Shown here: piece after piece, positions 31,783-54,485 of the stretch
Position numbering within the stretch: position 1 is the first letter of the stretch
Layout: every line of letters starts with the position of its first letter
Assembly: GCF_009914755.1 (NCBI RefSeq)
Contig: NC_060939.1
Length of the DNA stretch: 64,000 nt
Source of the DNA: the human T2T-CHM13v2.0 reference genome, Homo sapiens
Reading direction: 5' to 3' (one strand)
Notes under the pieces: generated by a model
What the model was told of the DNA's origin: nothing
The model's input: the letters and a program-made list of their open reading frames with translations, nothing else
The model's database searches: none
Program-made: the position numbers and the translations under genes

Positions 31783-32308
31783 TAGATATCTATTCTTTGT
31801 TCCTGCTGGGCAACATAGTTAGACCCCATCTCTACAAAAACTACAAAAAAATTAGCAGGGCATGGTGGCATACACCTATAGTCCTAGCTACTTGGGAAGC
31901 TTAGGTGGGAGGATCTCTCGAACCTGCGAGGTCAATGTAGTGAGCTGTAATTGCGCCATTTTGCATTCCAGCCTGGGCAACAGACCCTGTCTCAAAAAAA
32001 AAAAAAAGTTTATTTTTAATTAGCAAAAATGATAAAATATCCCCATATCACCAGAAAACTGCTCCATCATCAATCTTCTCTCTTCATTGTATTATTAACC
32101 TTTCCCTCTTTACTGGCTTCCTTCCTCAACATACGTATGCTCAAAATTTCTCCATCTTAACAAAAACTCTGCCTCCTCCCTGCAACCTCTTCAAACTCAT
32201 TAGCCAGAACGAGCTTTCTAAAAGACAAACTCAACTAATTTTACACTTTTGTGGAAAATCCCTTAAGAGAGTTCTCTATAACCTTTGAGAAATTTTTCAA
32301 AATCTTAG

Positions 32309-32994
32309 TGAGAGGTGAAGCCAGCTGGACTTCCTGGGTCAAGTGGGGACTTGGAGAACTTTTCCTGTCTAGCTAAAGGATTGTAAACGCACCAATCAGC
32401 ACTCTGTAAAAATGCACCAATCAGCGCTCTGTGTCTAGCTAAAGGATTGTAAACATACCAATCAGCACTCTGCAAAAATGCACCAATCAGTGCTCTGTGT
32501 CTAGCTAAAGGATTGTAAACGCGCCAATCAGCATTCTGGAAAAATGCACCAATCAGTGCTCTGTGTTTAGCTTAACAATTGTAAACGCACCAATCAGCAC
32601 TCTGTAAAATGGACCAATCAGCACTCTGTAAAATGGACCAATCCGCAGGACATAGACGGGGACAAATAAGGGAATAAAAGCTGGCCACCCCAGCCAGCAG
32701 CGGCAACTGGCTCGGGTCCCCTTCCATGCTGTGGAAGCTTTGTTCTTTCACTCTTCATAATAAATCTTGCTGCTGCTCACTCTTCGGGTCCGCGCCACCT
32801 TTAAGAGCTGTAACAGTCACCGTGAGGGTCTGCAGCTTAATTCCTGAACTCAGCAAGACCACGAACCTACCGAGAGGAACAAACAACTCCGGACGCGCCA
32901 CCATTAAGAGCTGTAACACACCATGAGGTATGCGGCTTCATTCTTGAAGTCAGTGAGACCAAGAACCCACCAGAGGGAATAAATTCTGGACACA
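32309..32994 (+). mobile_element. LTR12 (ERV9; LTR12F-like) solo LTR, antisense to DNAAF4
   Basis: tgagaggtgaagccagctggacttcctggg...ggacaca; tandem CCAATCAG repeats; 4-bp TSD ttag at 32305-32308 and 32995-32998. Confidence 0.92.
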
Positions 32995-33059
32995 TTAGGA
33001 TATTATTTCTGACCAATAAATGTTCCTTTGTGTGCCTTATTTTCATATACCTATCCAAA

Positions 33060-33480
33060 TTGTAATGTCATTTTCCCATTATACCTCTCTTTCCAAGAAG
33101 TATAGTCTATTTTTCCAATCTTTAAATCTGGACTTGGCTATGTGACTTGATTTGGCTAATGGTACATTAGCAAATATGACACAGCAGGGGCTTTAAAAGC
33201 ACTTCTGCAATGAGGTTTTCCCTCTCTTTCTACCAGAAACCTAATTGTGATTCATTTTCCAGGATTCAGCACAAACAATACTGCTTTGGATTCCTTGACC
33301 ATACTCTCAGGATGAAATACCAATCTTTTTCTTTTTCTTTTTTTTTTTTGCTGCGTAAGAGCGCAGCAAGAAGGCCCCAAAAACAGAGAGTCTAACCAGA
33401 AAGAGACCCTACCAGACCTTGATCTATGAGAAAATAAATTTCTGTTAAACAACATTTTGTTAGGGTAGCCCAAGCAGAAT
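33060..33480. mobile_element. Old MLT1-type LTR relic
   Basis: tgtgacttgatttggctaatgg...tagcaaatatgacacagcag...aaaagcac motif. Confidence 0.55.
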
Positions 33481-34141
33481 AATACCTGTACACACAGTAT
33501 AGCGAATTGACACAGCCCCACTAATTATTTTTTAAAAGGTTACTACTTAAAAACCACTTATTTTTGGTAGATGCCCTTCAAGTTTTAAATTAATTTATGC
33601 TAACTTAAGCTAACAATATGTTGCCTTTTGTTACTATTTGCTCTTACTGGATCGTCAAAGTTCTTTTCTTAACAGTGTCTAGGATTGCACAGAGTGAAAA
33701 TAGCTTCAGCTAATTCACCAAAGTAGACGTTTGCTACGGGTACGTAGTACTAGAGTAATGCATTCATATTAATTTATTCAAATGTTTGAGCACCAATTTA
33801 CTTGATAATGGCTATAATAAGGATGAAACAAAACATACTCCCAACTCTCAACACTACTGAGGGAAGAGAGAAAACAGACAATTTGTGGAACAGGATACTG
33901 GCTTTTGTAGGTTCTGTCCTCTTAATATAACCCGTATCTTCATATTTTATATATTAATTCCTCTAAATCACCTTTCCCAATACCAAAGTCAAGCTTTCAT
34001 ACATTAGTAAATTGAAAACTTCAGCTGGGTGCGGCAGCTCACACCTGTAATCCCAGCACTTCGGGAAGCCAAGACGGGCAGATCACGAGGTTAGGAGAGC
34101 GAGACCATCCTGGCTAACACAGTGAAACCCTGTCTCTACTA

Positions 34142-34285
<144 letters not shown>

Positions 34286-34780
34286 CTAAGCAAGACTCCA
34301 TCTCAAAAAAAAAAAACAAAAAACAAACCTTCAAGGTACAACATAGTGGTGCTTCCTGCTGGTCAACTGTTCTGTTTTGACATACCAATACAGCAGTAAG
34401 TGTGCCATTATTTAACTGTTTTATTATTTCAGTGAATATCTATTGCCACAAATTCTATATTAATTTTTTTAAATTCATGAAAATGATAAAATCAAAAGGC
34501 CAACAGCTGTGATCATACAATAAAGAAAAGATGGAATTAAGTATGCTAAAGGCAGGAATCTTTGACCAGCTGACCAGTTCAATTATTAAGTAAAAGACAA
34601 AGTATATGGCTCAGTGCGGTGACTCATGCCTGTAATCCCAACACTTTGGGAGGCCAAGGCGGGTGAATCACTTGAGGTCAGGAGCTCGACACCAACCTGG
34701 CCAATATGGTGAAGCCCTGTCTCTACTAAAAATATAAAAAATTAGCCAGGCGTGGTGGTGCACATCTGTAGTCCCAGCTA

Positions 34781-34888
<108 letters not shown>

Positions 34889-34927
34889 TCAAAAAAAAAA
34901 AAAAAAAAAGTTAAGTGGAAGTGATAA

Positions 34928-35324
<397 letters not shown>

Positions 35325-36230
35325 TGATCCGCCCGCCTCGGCCTCCCAAAAGTGCTGGGATTACAGGCATGAGCCACTGCGCTTGGCCTGAGATAAGAAT
35401 TTTTTTGTAAAAATTACTCAAAATAGGTATATCTATTGAGACAGAAAATAGATAAGCAGTTGCCTAGGACTAAGTGTTAGGGGAAATGGGGAGTGGCTGC
35501 TTAGGGGTATTGGTGCTTTTTGGGGGGTGATGAAAATGTTCTAAAATTGACTGTAGTAATGGTTACACAACTCTGAATGTACTAAAAACTATTAAATTGT
35601 ACACTTTAAATGGGTAAATTATATGGAATGTGAATTGTTTCTCAAAAAATATATTGCTGATTAAAACTTTCACTTAAAACCCTTAACAGTTAAAAAAATT
35701 TGACAATAATGTTTTAAATATGCTTCTGTTTTAAAATCATATCTGTTATTCCAAGATTTAAAAAGAAGTAAAACACTTGCACCATTGAAACTTTATTTTT
35801 ACTCCCCTAGAAATAGAACCCTCTCCCTGAAACAACTGTCCAACTTTTACACCTTTGACTTTCATTCAGATTTCAAGAACAAACATGGGCCGGGCACGGT
35901 GGCTCACGCCTCTAATCCCAGCACTTTGGGAGGCCGAGACGGGCAGATCACGAGGTCAGGAGATCGAGACCATCCCGGCTAACACGGTGAAACCCTGTCT
36001 CTACTAAAAACACAAAAAAATTAGCCTGGCATGGTGGCAGGTGCCTGTAGTCCCAGCTACTCAGGAGGCTGAGGCAGGAGAATGGCATGAACCCGGGAAG
36101 TGGAGCTTGCAGTGAGCCCAGATCACCGCACTGCACTCCAGCCTGGGCGACAGAGTGAGACTCGGTCTCAAGAAAAAAAAAAACACACATATAAATAGCA
36201 GACAGTCTATATAACATAGTAAGTCCTCTA

Positions 36231-36497
<267 letters not shown>

Positions 36498-36844
36498 TTA
36501 GAATTATGACAAATTTGCTTTACTTATGAGAAAACTACTTAAATAAACTGACCCAGGATGAGATTTCTTTGTACCCAACTTCACAAGGAACATGGAAAAT
36601 ATTTTTCAATATTAAACTGGCCAAGAAGCTAATGTTAAAAGGTAAGCAACTAACTGTAATAATAATGAATGACTAGAGAATGAAGGGGGTGGAGAGGAAG
36701 AAGAAGGGATGGGGGAGGGACACAAGAGGCAGGTAATGAGAGGGAGAGGGTGAGGATGAAGGTGCAAGGACACATTTATCCTCTTCCTTCTCTGTTAAGA
36801 AACTAGGGCTATTTGCTTATAAACCTGATCACAATAAATCATCA

Positions 36845-37060
36845 TTTATATAATATATAAAATATAAAATATATATTATATATTATAGATAATATTATAT
36901 TATTATATAATAATATTATATACTATTATTATATAATAGTATATAATATAATATATAATATTATATTATAATAGTATATAATAATATAATAGGTAAGGTT
37001 TTATATATATTTATATATAATATTTTATATAATATATATAAATATATATAAAACCTTACC
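36845..37060. repeat. AT-rich low-complexity tract with perfect inverted repeats
   Basis: Nearly pure A/T; 28-bp arms at 36992-37019 and 37033-37060. Confidence 0.92.
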
Positions 37061-37199
37061 ATCCACAGCTTGTTTGTTTGTTTTCCTGAGACTAGGTCTC
37101 TCTCTGTCACCCAGGCTGCTGGAGTGCAGTTAAGCAATCACAGCTTAATGTAACCTTAACCTCCTGGGCTCAAGCAATCCTCCTACCTCAGCTTCCTGA

Positions 37200-37391
<192 letters not shown>

Positions 37392-37753
37392 TGATGTGGC
37401 CCAAAGTTTCACAAACTGAAGACTACGATCGTTAATGGGTAAATTATCTTACAAAGGGAAGGATCAGAGCCTAAGGGAAAAGATCTAGCCTTTAAGCAGA
37501 AAAAAAAAAACAGAAGGGGAGAGGAGAAAACTTGAGGGGAAGACAAAGTAGGGGAGAGTAGATAAGGGGTGGGTAGAGGGATGAATCATACCCCAGGCAT
37601 GGGTTCTTAACCTTTTTTGTGCAGCAGACACCTTGGCAGAGTAGTGAATCCTTATAAATCCTTTCACAATGTTTTAAAATGTATGAAATAAAATATACAG
37701 GTCTACAAAGAAACTCAGTTATATCAAAACACTTATAAAACATTAAGAAATAA

Positions 37754-37993
<240 letters not shown>

Positions 37994-38192
37994 TGATCCG
38001 CCTGCCTTGGCCTCCGAAAGTGCTGGGATTACAGGCGTGAGCCACTGCGGCCGGCCAAATTGTGATACACGATTATGTGCTTCTTTATTAATGCATTAAT
38101 ATATAGCAACAAGTCTAATATTGTAATTTCAAAGTAGAGTATAAAAGAGGTATCTCTGATATAAACATACTTTTGTTTTTGTTGATACTACT

Positions 38193-38512
38193 TGCTATGG
38201 TCTGAATGTTTATGTCTCCCTAAAACTCTTATGTTAAAATCCCAACCCTTAATGTGATATTATTTGTAGGTGAGGCCTTTTGGGAGGTAGTGTCCTTATA
38301 CAGAAGGCCCCAGAAAGCAGACTTGCCCCTTCCACCATGTGAGGACACAGTACGGTGCCATCTACAGGAAAGTGAGCCCTCACCGCATACCAAACCTGCC
38401 AGGACCTTGATCTGGACTTCCCAGCCTACAGGAGTGTGAGAAATAAAGTTCTGTTGTTTATAAGCTTCTCAGTTGATGGTATTTTGTTATAGTACCCAAA
38501 CAGACTAAGATA
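38193..38512 (+). mobile_element. MST/MLT1A-like MaLR LTR
   Basis: tgctatggtctgaatgttt...ggacttcccagcc...gagaaataaa...gactaaga. Confidence 0.75.
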
Positions 38513-38905
38513 CTACTATTATTTGTTGCCTATCTTCACAATTGAAGAGAATGTTAAATATCAGTTAGAGGTAAGTAAAAGTGTGTAATTTTATTCATCT
38601 AAGATCTTGGCTAAGAACTAGTACTGAAGTTAGGTCTGAAGCCTCTTCTCATCTCTCCTGCTGTTTAAAAACAGGAAGGTAGACAGCTAAGTCAGCTTCA
38701 GCGGCAGAAATAACTGGAAGAACATTAACTTCCCAAATGAAATACTCCATGTCTAATAGAAATAAAGAGTGTATCAAGAAGGAATTTCCAGAAAAAATGA
38801 GAAAAATTAGAGTCTGAATAATGAGGTAGACAGTCTACGTGTATAAACTGGAGTTCCACAATATTTTATGTGAAAAAAAAATGGTTAAATAAATAATCCC
38901 ACTGA

Positions 38906-39181
<276 letters not shown>

Positions 39182-39613
39182 TAAAGTGCTGAGATTACTT
39201 TAGGCATGAGCCACTGTAACCTGGCAAAACTGAGTTTGATTTCTTTCTTGTTTTTTTTTTTTTTTGAGACTGAGTTTCGCTCTTGTTGCCCAGGCTGAAG
39301 TGCAATGGCACAATCTCGGCTCACCGCAACCTCCGCCTCCCGGGTTAAAGTGATTCTCCTGCCTCAGCCTCCTGAGTAGCTGGGATTGCAGGTATGCGCC
39401 ACCATGCCCGGCTAATTTTGTATTTTTAGTAGAGACGGGGTTTCTCCATGTTGGTTAGGCTGGTCTCGGACTCCCAACCTCAGATGATCAGCCCGCCTCG
39501 GCCTACCAAAGTGCTGGGATTACAGGCGTGAGCCAGCGCGCCCGGCAAACTGAGTTTGATTTCTAAAGGAATCTCAAACCTGGTTTCTGAAGTAGAATCA
39601 ATGTTCATTGTGA

Positions 39614-39790
<177 letters not shown>

Positions 39791-39965
39791 TGACGAAGTT
39801 TTGTATTTTTAGTAGAGACAGGGTTTCACCATGTTGGCCAGGCTGGTCTCAAACTCCTGACCTCAGGTGATTCACCTGCCTCGGCCTCCCAAAGTGATGG
39901 GATTACAAGCATGAGCCACTGCGCTGAGCTTAAGTCAGTTTTAAGACTGTTTTGATTTGTCTAAA

Positions 39966-40250
39966 TCAGAGGTTGGCAAACTATGACCCATGGGCCAAAT
40001 CCGACCTGCCACCTGTTTCCCCTCAGCCCACAAGCCTTGAATAATTTTCACATTTTTAAATGGATGAAAAAAATCAAAATAACATTTTGTGGCATTTAAA
40101 AATTAGATGAAATTCAAATTTCATTGTCCATAAATATGAATCACCTGTGGCTACTTTTGTGCTACAATGGCAGAGCTGAATAGATATGACAGAGACCATA
40201 TGGCCTGTGAAGTCTAAAATACTATCTGGTCCTTTACAGAAAAAGTTAAT
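39966..40250. mobile_element. MER58-like hAT relic
   Basis: cagaggttggcaaactatgacccatgggccaaatcc...ctggtcctttacagaaaaagtt. Confidence 0.75.
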
Positions 40251-40422
40251 TTACAAGAGTCAAAATAAATGTATATTCAATTTTAGGTAAGAAGTCAAAA
40301 CAGACTGGGTGTGTTATGACATCCTCAGGCCCCAACATAGACTTACTGAGTCACAGAGGAAGTAAGAGGTCAAAAAACAGGAACCTGATTCTTTAAAACT
40401 CTTTAGGTAGTCTGGGGCTCAC

Positions 40423-40453
<31 letters not shown>

Positions 40454-41986
40454 AAGTAAACTGGCTATGTTAACCTACCTTAACCAGTATTCTCTGAGCT
40501 GAATACCCGATCTTAGAAAAATAAATTCTACCTTGGTCTTGGAAATTAAAAATTAAATTCCACTACAAGATACCAAGAAAGCCTTGATAGAAAGAATGGT
40601 TGCAACTCTTTCTACCCTCAAGAGTCCATATTCAAGGCTTAATGCCAAAGGCTTAAAAGAAATTCCAGGCAGTAGTCTGGGTGCAGTGGCTCACGCCTGA
40701 AATCCCAGCATTTGGGAGGCCAAAGTGGGAGGATCACTTGAGCCTAGGAGTTCAAGACCTATCGGCAACATAGTGAGACCCTGTCTCTACAAAAATAAAA
40801 ATAATTACCTAGGTGTTTTGGTGCACACCTGTAGTCCCTGCTACTCAGGAGGTCGAGGCAGGAGAATTGCTGGAACCTAGGAGTTTGAGGTTACAATGAG
40901 CTATGGTAACACCAACCGCACTCCAGCGTTGGTGATAGGGTGAGATTCTATCTCTTAAAAAACTCAAAATTAAAAAAAATAAATTCCAGGCAGTAAACAT
41001 AAAGTATTAGAAAACATGACAACTAAAGAAGGAAGGAGGAAAACAGGGCTAAAGCAGTAGAGGACAATTACTGACTATGGAAGCTGATCTTGGTATTAGT
41101 ACAAAGTACTGACAACTAGCTTAATAAGACTACAGAGAACTAGCTTTAAAACTGGGGATGTCAGGCCGGTCGCGGTGGCTCATGGCTGTAATCCCGGCAC
41201 TTCGGGAGGCCGAGGTGGGTGGATCACTTGAGGTCAGGAGTTTGAGACCAGCCTGGCCAACATATAGTGAAACCTTGTCTCTACTAAAAAATACAAAAAT
41301 TAGCTGGACGTGGTGGCACGTGCCTGTAGTCCCAGCTACTTGGGAGGCTGAGGCTGAAGAATCACTTAAACCTAGGGAGGCGGAGGTTGCAGTGAGCCGA
41401 GATCGCATCACTGCACTCCAGCCTGGGTGACTGAGCGAGACTCTGTCTTTCCAAACAAACAAACAACAACTGGGGATTTCAACTTTGGCTGCACATTATA
41501 ATTCCTGGAAAGCTTTTCAAAACTTCCAACACCTGAGTCCTATTCCCAGAAACTGATTTCACTGGATTAGAGTATTATTTTAAAATTCCATAGCTGATTC
41601 AAATATGTAGCCAGGGTTGGGAACATCTGCTCTAGAGTGAAACTGCTAAGGCTCCAGTTCCAGGCTGCCAGTCACTAGCTGTGTGATTTTGCCAATTACT
41701 CAAACTTTCCATATGTCAGTAGCCTCCCCTGTAAAAAAAGGGTAATAATACCTAAGTGACAGGTTGTTTCATGGAATTACAGGCATGTTAACACCTAACG
41801 CAAAGTTAAGTACTCAATAAAGGCTATATATCAGGAGGGCTTACCCTTAAGACATGAGCCCACATCTTCTGCTTAATGTGCTCTAACTTTGACTAATTCA
41901 GCCTTTAGGTTTATTTAAATGGCTGCTGAAGCACTGTATCACTTAAATTAGGCTCATAAGCCTTTTTTTTTTTCTAAAACAGCAAT

Positions 41987-43078
<1,092 letters not shown>

Positions 43079-43311
43079 CTATGCAGAAGGGTGAAAACAG
43101 AAACTAAGTTAGTTACACAAATTAAGCACGCGTATTAAGAAACACGTGAAAAAGGTAAAATAACTTTCTAAAAGGCCCACTAAATTTATGCCAGGTAGTG
43201 AAAGATTAGCAAGGCATATGAGGAAGCCCTGGATAAAAGTAGTCTCTGATCTGATTATCTGTCTACAGATGGTGTGTTACCTGTATGGGATTCATTTTTT
43301 TAATAGGATTA

Positions 43312-43803
<492 letters not shown>

Positions 43804-43840
43804 CTGCTTGAGAAAAAAAAAAAAAAAAAAGCACTCTGTG

Positions 43841-44170
<330 letters not shown>

Positions 44171-44360
44171 AGCACTTCCAGCCTCATAATGCGATAATGC
44201 TAAGGAGGGCTGTGGGCATAAGGCTCGGGAAAGCAGCCCATGAGGAGCAGGTGCAATGCCCATACGCCCTTGGTGCAGTGTCTTGTCTGTTTATTCTGAC
44301 TGAGGCTATTAAGAGTTAGCGCTAGTTGTTCTGTTTTGCAAATTTCTTGGTCATACAGAC

Positions 44361-44779
44361 TGTGAACAAATGTGAACCTGAAAGAGCCAATCCGTCAACA
44401 TCCAGAGCGGCTAACTGGGTCTAAATTTAAAATAGAGACACGTGGTCATTTACCTACTAGAGGTCACACATGGACTCTGCGTTCTCCCCAAACCCACACC
44501 TCTGTTGAGTGTTGGGTCTTATAGGGCTCACCTGCCTCAACCAATCAGGGCTCAGCTGTATCAACCAATCAGAACTAAGTGCGGTTCAATCGTTCATTTG
44601 TATAAACGAACCTGACTGGGAACCTGGGCAGAAACTTTTGCTGTAAAACCCAAACCCTCCCTTTGTTCTCTGGAATGCACCTTTGTTTTACACCTAAGGC
44701 TTCAACTCCCCAGTTTGCAAACTGTTCCCTGAAATAGTTGCTTTGCTCCAAATTCCTCTTCAGAAAACGTTTGTTCACA
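44361..44779 (+). mobile_element. LTR26-like ERV1 solo LTR
   Basis: 10-bp terminal inverted repeat tgtgaacaaa...tttgttcaca; internal CCAAT boxes. Confidence 0.7.
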
Positions 44780-45923
44780 ACACATACCAGGAGCTTGTCT
44801 AAAACTATTGTATCCTGCAAATCCTATTAACTGTAAGGCCGCCAAAAGCACCTATATAGGTTTTGCTCCAAAGTTTGAAAACTGAAGAGAAACCACCCTA
44901 TGATTCATCTGACAAATGCTTTGCTACAAATCTGGAATAGGGTAAATTGGAATTACACTGACACATTCCGTAAGTGCTTAAGTAGAATCTGAACTTAAGT
45001 GCTGCAGAGAAGCTTGAAGATTATGTAGTCTTATTCTACATATTTAAGGAATCTGAAACCTATACACAAACCATTTTCGTATAGATTAGTAGCAGACCAT
45101 CATTAAAATCCTGATCTCTTAACTCCCATTACAATGTTTTTGCTCCAGGCTGCTTTCTGCACACCCAGTTTATAAATTGCTGGGATAAAACAGTGAATGT
45201 ATACAATATTTAGATACACACAAATTACTTCCCACTTGGGGCTTTTGATTTTCAACTTTTTTTTAACTTTAAAAAAAAAACAGAGAAACTGGGCCTTTGT
45301 GGAAATCTGAAAGTATAATACAAAACCCTGGATTTTAAACTTATTTACTTTTGGAAGCCTTTCTTTCACACAAATTTCAATGCTCCTTAGAAATTCATTG
45401 AGGAAAGATAAGGAGCAACAGACTTGAAGAGAAAACCATCTTTTCCCCAAAATAGGGCACACTCACTACCTTAGCAGTTCATCATCTCAAGCTTCTGGTA
45501 ACTTTGAATACTGGGAGTCATCCTAGACTTGCTTTCCCTTGTCCCTTTAAGCTGAGAAACCCACGAATCCCATGGACTTTTTTAAAAAAATTTCTTTTGT
45601 CATTTTCCCCCTTTTGTTCTATTCCTACTTTTACCATATTGTTTCCAAATCTTACATTATCTTCTAAAGACAGGGTTTATGCATTTCTTTCATATAAAAT
45701 GTTAAAGTCCAGGTTCTCCCACTATACAGAAATATGTGAGATTTTATATGCATGAAAGATAATAATGTAAAGGATACTTTGTGCTGTCGGGGATTTCAGG
45801 AAAATCTGTTAGCAATCACTTTGCTAAACACATACACACCTCTGCAGTGAAATTATTCTCCTGACTACCATGATCCTACTAAACTTTTAGACTCTGAATG
45901 AATTATACCTTAAAAACTTGTCA

Positions 45924-47278
<1,355 letters not shown>

Positions 47279-47506
47279 AAGTGGTGCTCACCAAAAGGCA
47301 TAATAAAGACTATTAAGATCTCTGAAATATGCCCTTCAGCCAGAGACACAGGGACATTTGTGGTTGAACAAGATGAATTCATTGCTCACTGAGCAAGAGA
47401 GAACACACATCATGGGGTGTCTCAGTAAGACAGTTTTAGAATTTAGGAGAAGGAGGTTTGGTTCCCCCATAGTATGAGTGTTTTCAGAAAGCAAGGGTAA
47501 TTCTAT

Positions 47507-47850
47507 TGATGGAGTTCAGGACATGCTACCCCAAATTATGACACTTTAATTAAATTTTTAAAATTTAAATATTTAAAAATTAATTATTTTAAGCTGAAGG
47601 AATTGCAGCTCATATCCTTTGTGTTATTAGGTTTTCCTATGACTTTTCATTCTCTATCAAACCTAGCATAAAAATGCTCAGGTTTAATCATTTCTTCCAT
47701 TCTTCATGTCCTTAAGAAGGTTCCCATGTTATGTAAACTTATATTGAATAAATTTGTATGTTTTTTGTATTGTTAATCTCTCTTTTCTTACAAAGGCCCC
47801 AGTCAAGAACTTAGAAGGGTAGAAGGAGAAGATATTTTTTCTTCCCTACG
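47507..47850 (+). mobile_element. MER34-like LTR fragment nested in an older LTR relic (about 47320-51400)
   Basis: tgatggagttcaggacatgctaccccaaa...ttcttccctac, related to 41987-42843. Confidence 0.55.
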
Positions 47851-47879
47851 TGATGACTGGTAAAAAAAAGTAGCTGTTG

Positions 47880-51140
<3,261 letters not shown>

Positions 51141-51599
51141 AAAGTAGCTGTTGTACATTTTATCCAGAAAGGGGGTGTCTGTTATCTTATGGGTGACACA
51201 AAGACCTTGTTTTTGCCTATGCTTAGATAATGCTATGAAGTGGCCTTGTCTCATTTTATTGTGATCTCAGAGTACTTTTGTCTCAGCTTGGTATTCTATG
51301 AGATTTAAATTGTTAATGTTCAACAGAATAATATTATGGCCAAGCTGTGAGTGCCAGGTCAGCTTCTGAATATCAGGGGCTGCTTTTTGCCCTCTTTCTC
51401 AATAATAAACAAAGAGAACATATAAACAAAATATATAGAGAAAAAGAAACACAACCCCACAATAAAATGGGCAAATTGGCATAATCTTATTAATGTGAAT
51501 ACCTGCTTATTTTATAACCAGCAATTCCACTCCTATGTATCTATCTTAGAGATTTCTAGCAAGTTCCTAGGTGATGCTGATGCTTTGTGAACCACTGTC

Positions 51600-51830
51600 C
51601 TACAACAGGGTTTTTCAGCCTCCACACTATTAACATTATAGGCTGGATCATTTTGTATAATTTAGGCTGCTCTGTGCATTTTAAGATGTTTAGCAGCATC
51701 CACCCTCTTAATTCTAGTAACACTCCTGAGTTCTAATAATAAAAGTGTCTCCAGACATTGCCAAATGTCTTCTGGGTTTCAGGGGTGGGTGGGAATAGCA
51801 AAATTTCCCCCATCTGAGAATTACTGCCCT
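51600..51830. mobile_element. MER20-like hAT relic
   Basis: cagggtttttcagcctccacactattaacatt...gtgtctccagacattgccaaatgtc...tgagaattactg. Confidence 0.7.
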
Positions 51831-52233
51831 AGAAAAAGTCTTGGTCCTATACACTAGGAAACATTTATAGGTGTTCATAGCAACTTCATAGAAAAAAACC
51901 TGAAAATAAGCCAAATGTCTTTCAACAGGTATATACACAAAACAGAATATTATACAACAATAAAAATGAGTGAATGATAGCTATACATTGGATGGATGAG
52001 TGAAAAAAGCAAGTCAAATAATATCCTCAAGAAATAATGCTATTTTATACAACTTTTACTTTTTTATTTTTCTTTTTTCTTTTTTTGATGGAGTTTCACT
52101 CTTGTCACCCAGGCTGGAGTGCAATGGGGCATCTTGGCTCACTGCAATCTCTGCCTCCCAGGTTCAAGCGATTCTCCTGTCTCAGCCTCCTGAGTAGCTG
52201 GGATTACAGGCACCCACCACCAAGCCTGGCTAA

Positions 52234-52371
<138 letters not shown>

Positions 52372-52436
52372 TAAAACTTTTGAACAACGGAAACTGAATC
52401 CACTAGATAAGGATTCCTAGGTATGTGGTAAAACTA

Positions 52437-52801
52437 TACAAACACTTCTCTACTTACAATGTGGTTACCTCCTGATAAACCCATCATAAGTTGAAAATAT
52501 CCTATGTCAAAAATACATGTAAAACACCTAACCTACCAAACACCATAGCTTAGGCTACCCTACCTTAAACATGCTCAGAACACTTACATTAGCCTACAGT
52601 TGGGCAAAGTCATCTAACATAATAAGGTGTAATAAAGTGTCTAATATACCCTGTAATTTATTGAATACTGTATTAAAAATGAAAAACAGAATGGTTGTAT
52701 GGGTACTCACAGCATGGTTTCTACTGAATGCATATAGCTTTTGCATCACTGTAAAGTTAGGAAATCAAAGAGAAACCATCATAAGTCAGGGGTCGTCTGT
52801 A
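52437..52801. mobile_element. MER47-like TcMar-Tigger relic
   Basis: ctacttacaatgtggttacctcctgataaacccatcataagttgaaaatatc...taagtcaggggtcgtctgta with degenerate TIRs. Confidence 0.7.
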
Positions 52802-53104
52802 AAGATAGGCACTAGAAAGGAGAGTGGTTAACTCTTATGTGAAGTTCATACAAGTGGGAGCCTTTTTGGTAACCAACAGAACTGATTACCACATAGTCAC
52901 ACTGTATGAATTAAAACGAAGGCCCGGGATGCACATTGTGTCTCACGCCTGTAATCTCAGCACTTTGGGAGTGTCACTTGAGGCCAGGAGTTCAGGTTAC
53001 AGTGGACTATGATTATGCCACTGCACTCTAGCCTGAGTAACAGGGACTCAAAAATTAAATTAAAACAATAAATAAAATAAATAAATACAAATAAAATTAA
53101 ATAC

Positions 53105-53298
53105 AGAGGTTCTCAGAATGTGGTCCTCCCCACCACCACCAGCAATATTACCATCATCTGGGGACCTGTTAGAAATGCAAATTCCCAGTCTCCTTCTAGA
53201 TCTATTGAACCAGAAGTTCTGGAAGTGGGGCACAGCAATCTGTGTTTTATCCAGCCTACCAGATAATTTTGATACACACCAAAGTTTGAGAACCACTA
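53105..53298. mobile_element. MER5A-like hAT relic
   Basis: cagaggttctcagaatgtggtcc...gttagaaatgcaaattc...aaagtttgagaaccact. Confidence 0.75.
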
Positions 53299-53304
53299 GA
53301 TTAA

Positions 53305-53760
<456 letters not shown>

Positions 53761-53777
53761 TAGCCAGGATGGTCTTA

Positions 53778-54485
<708 letters not shown>

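Noticed and set aside
36845-37060. AT-rich palindrome as the published DYX1C1 t(2;15) breakpoint
   Set aside because: As I recall, that breakpoint is in the 3' TPR-encoding part of the gene, which lies outside this window.
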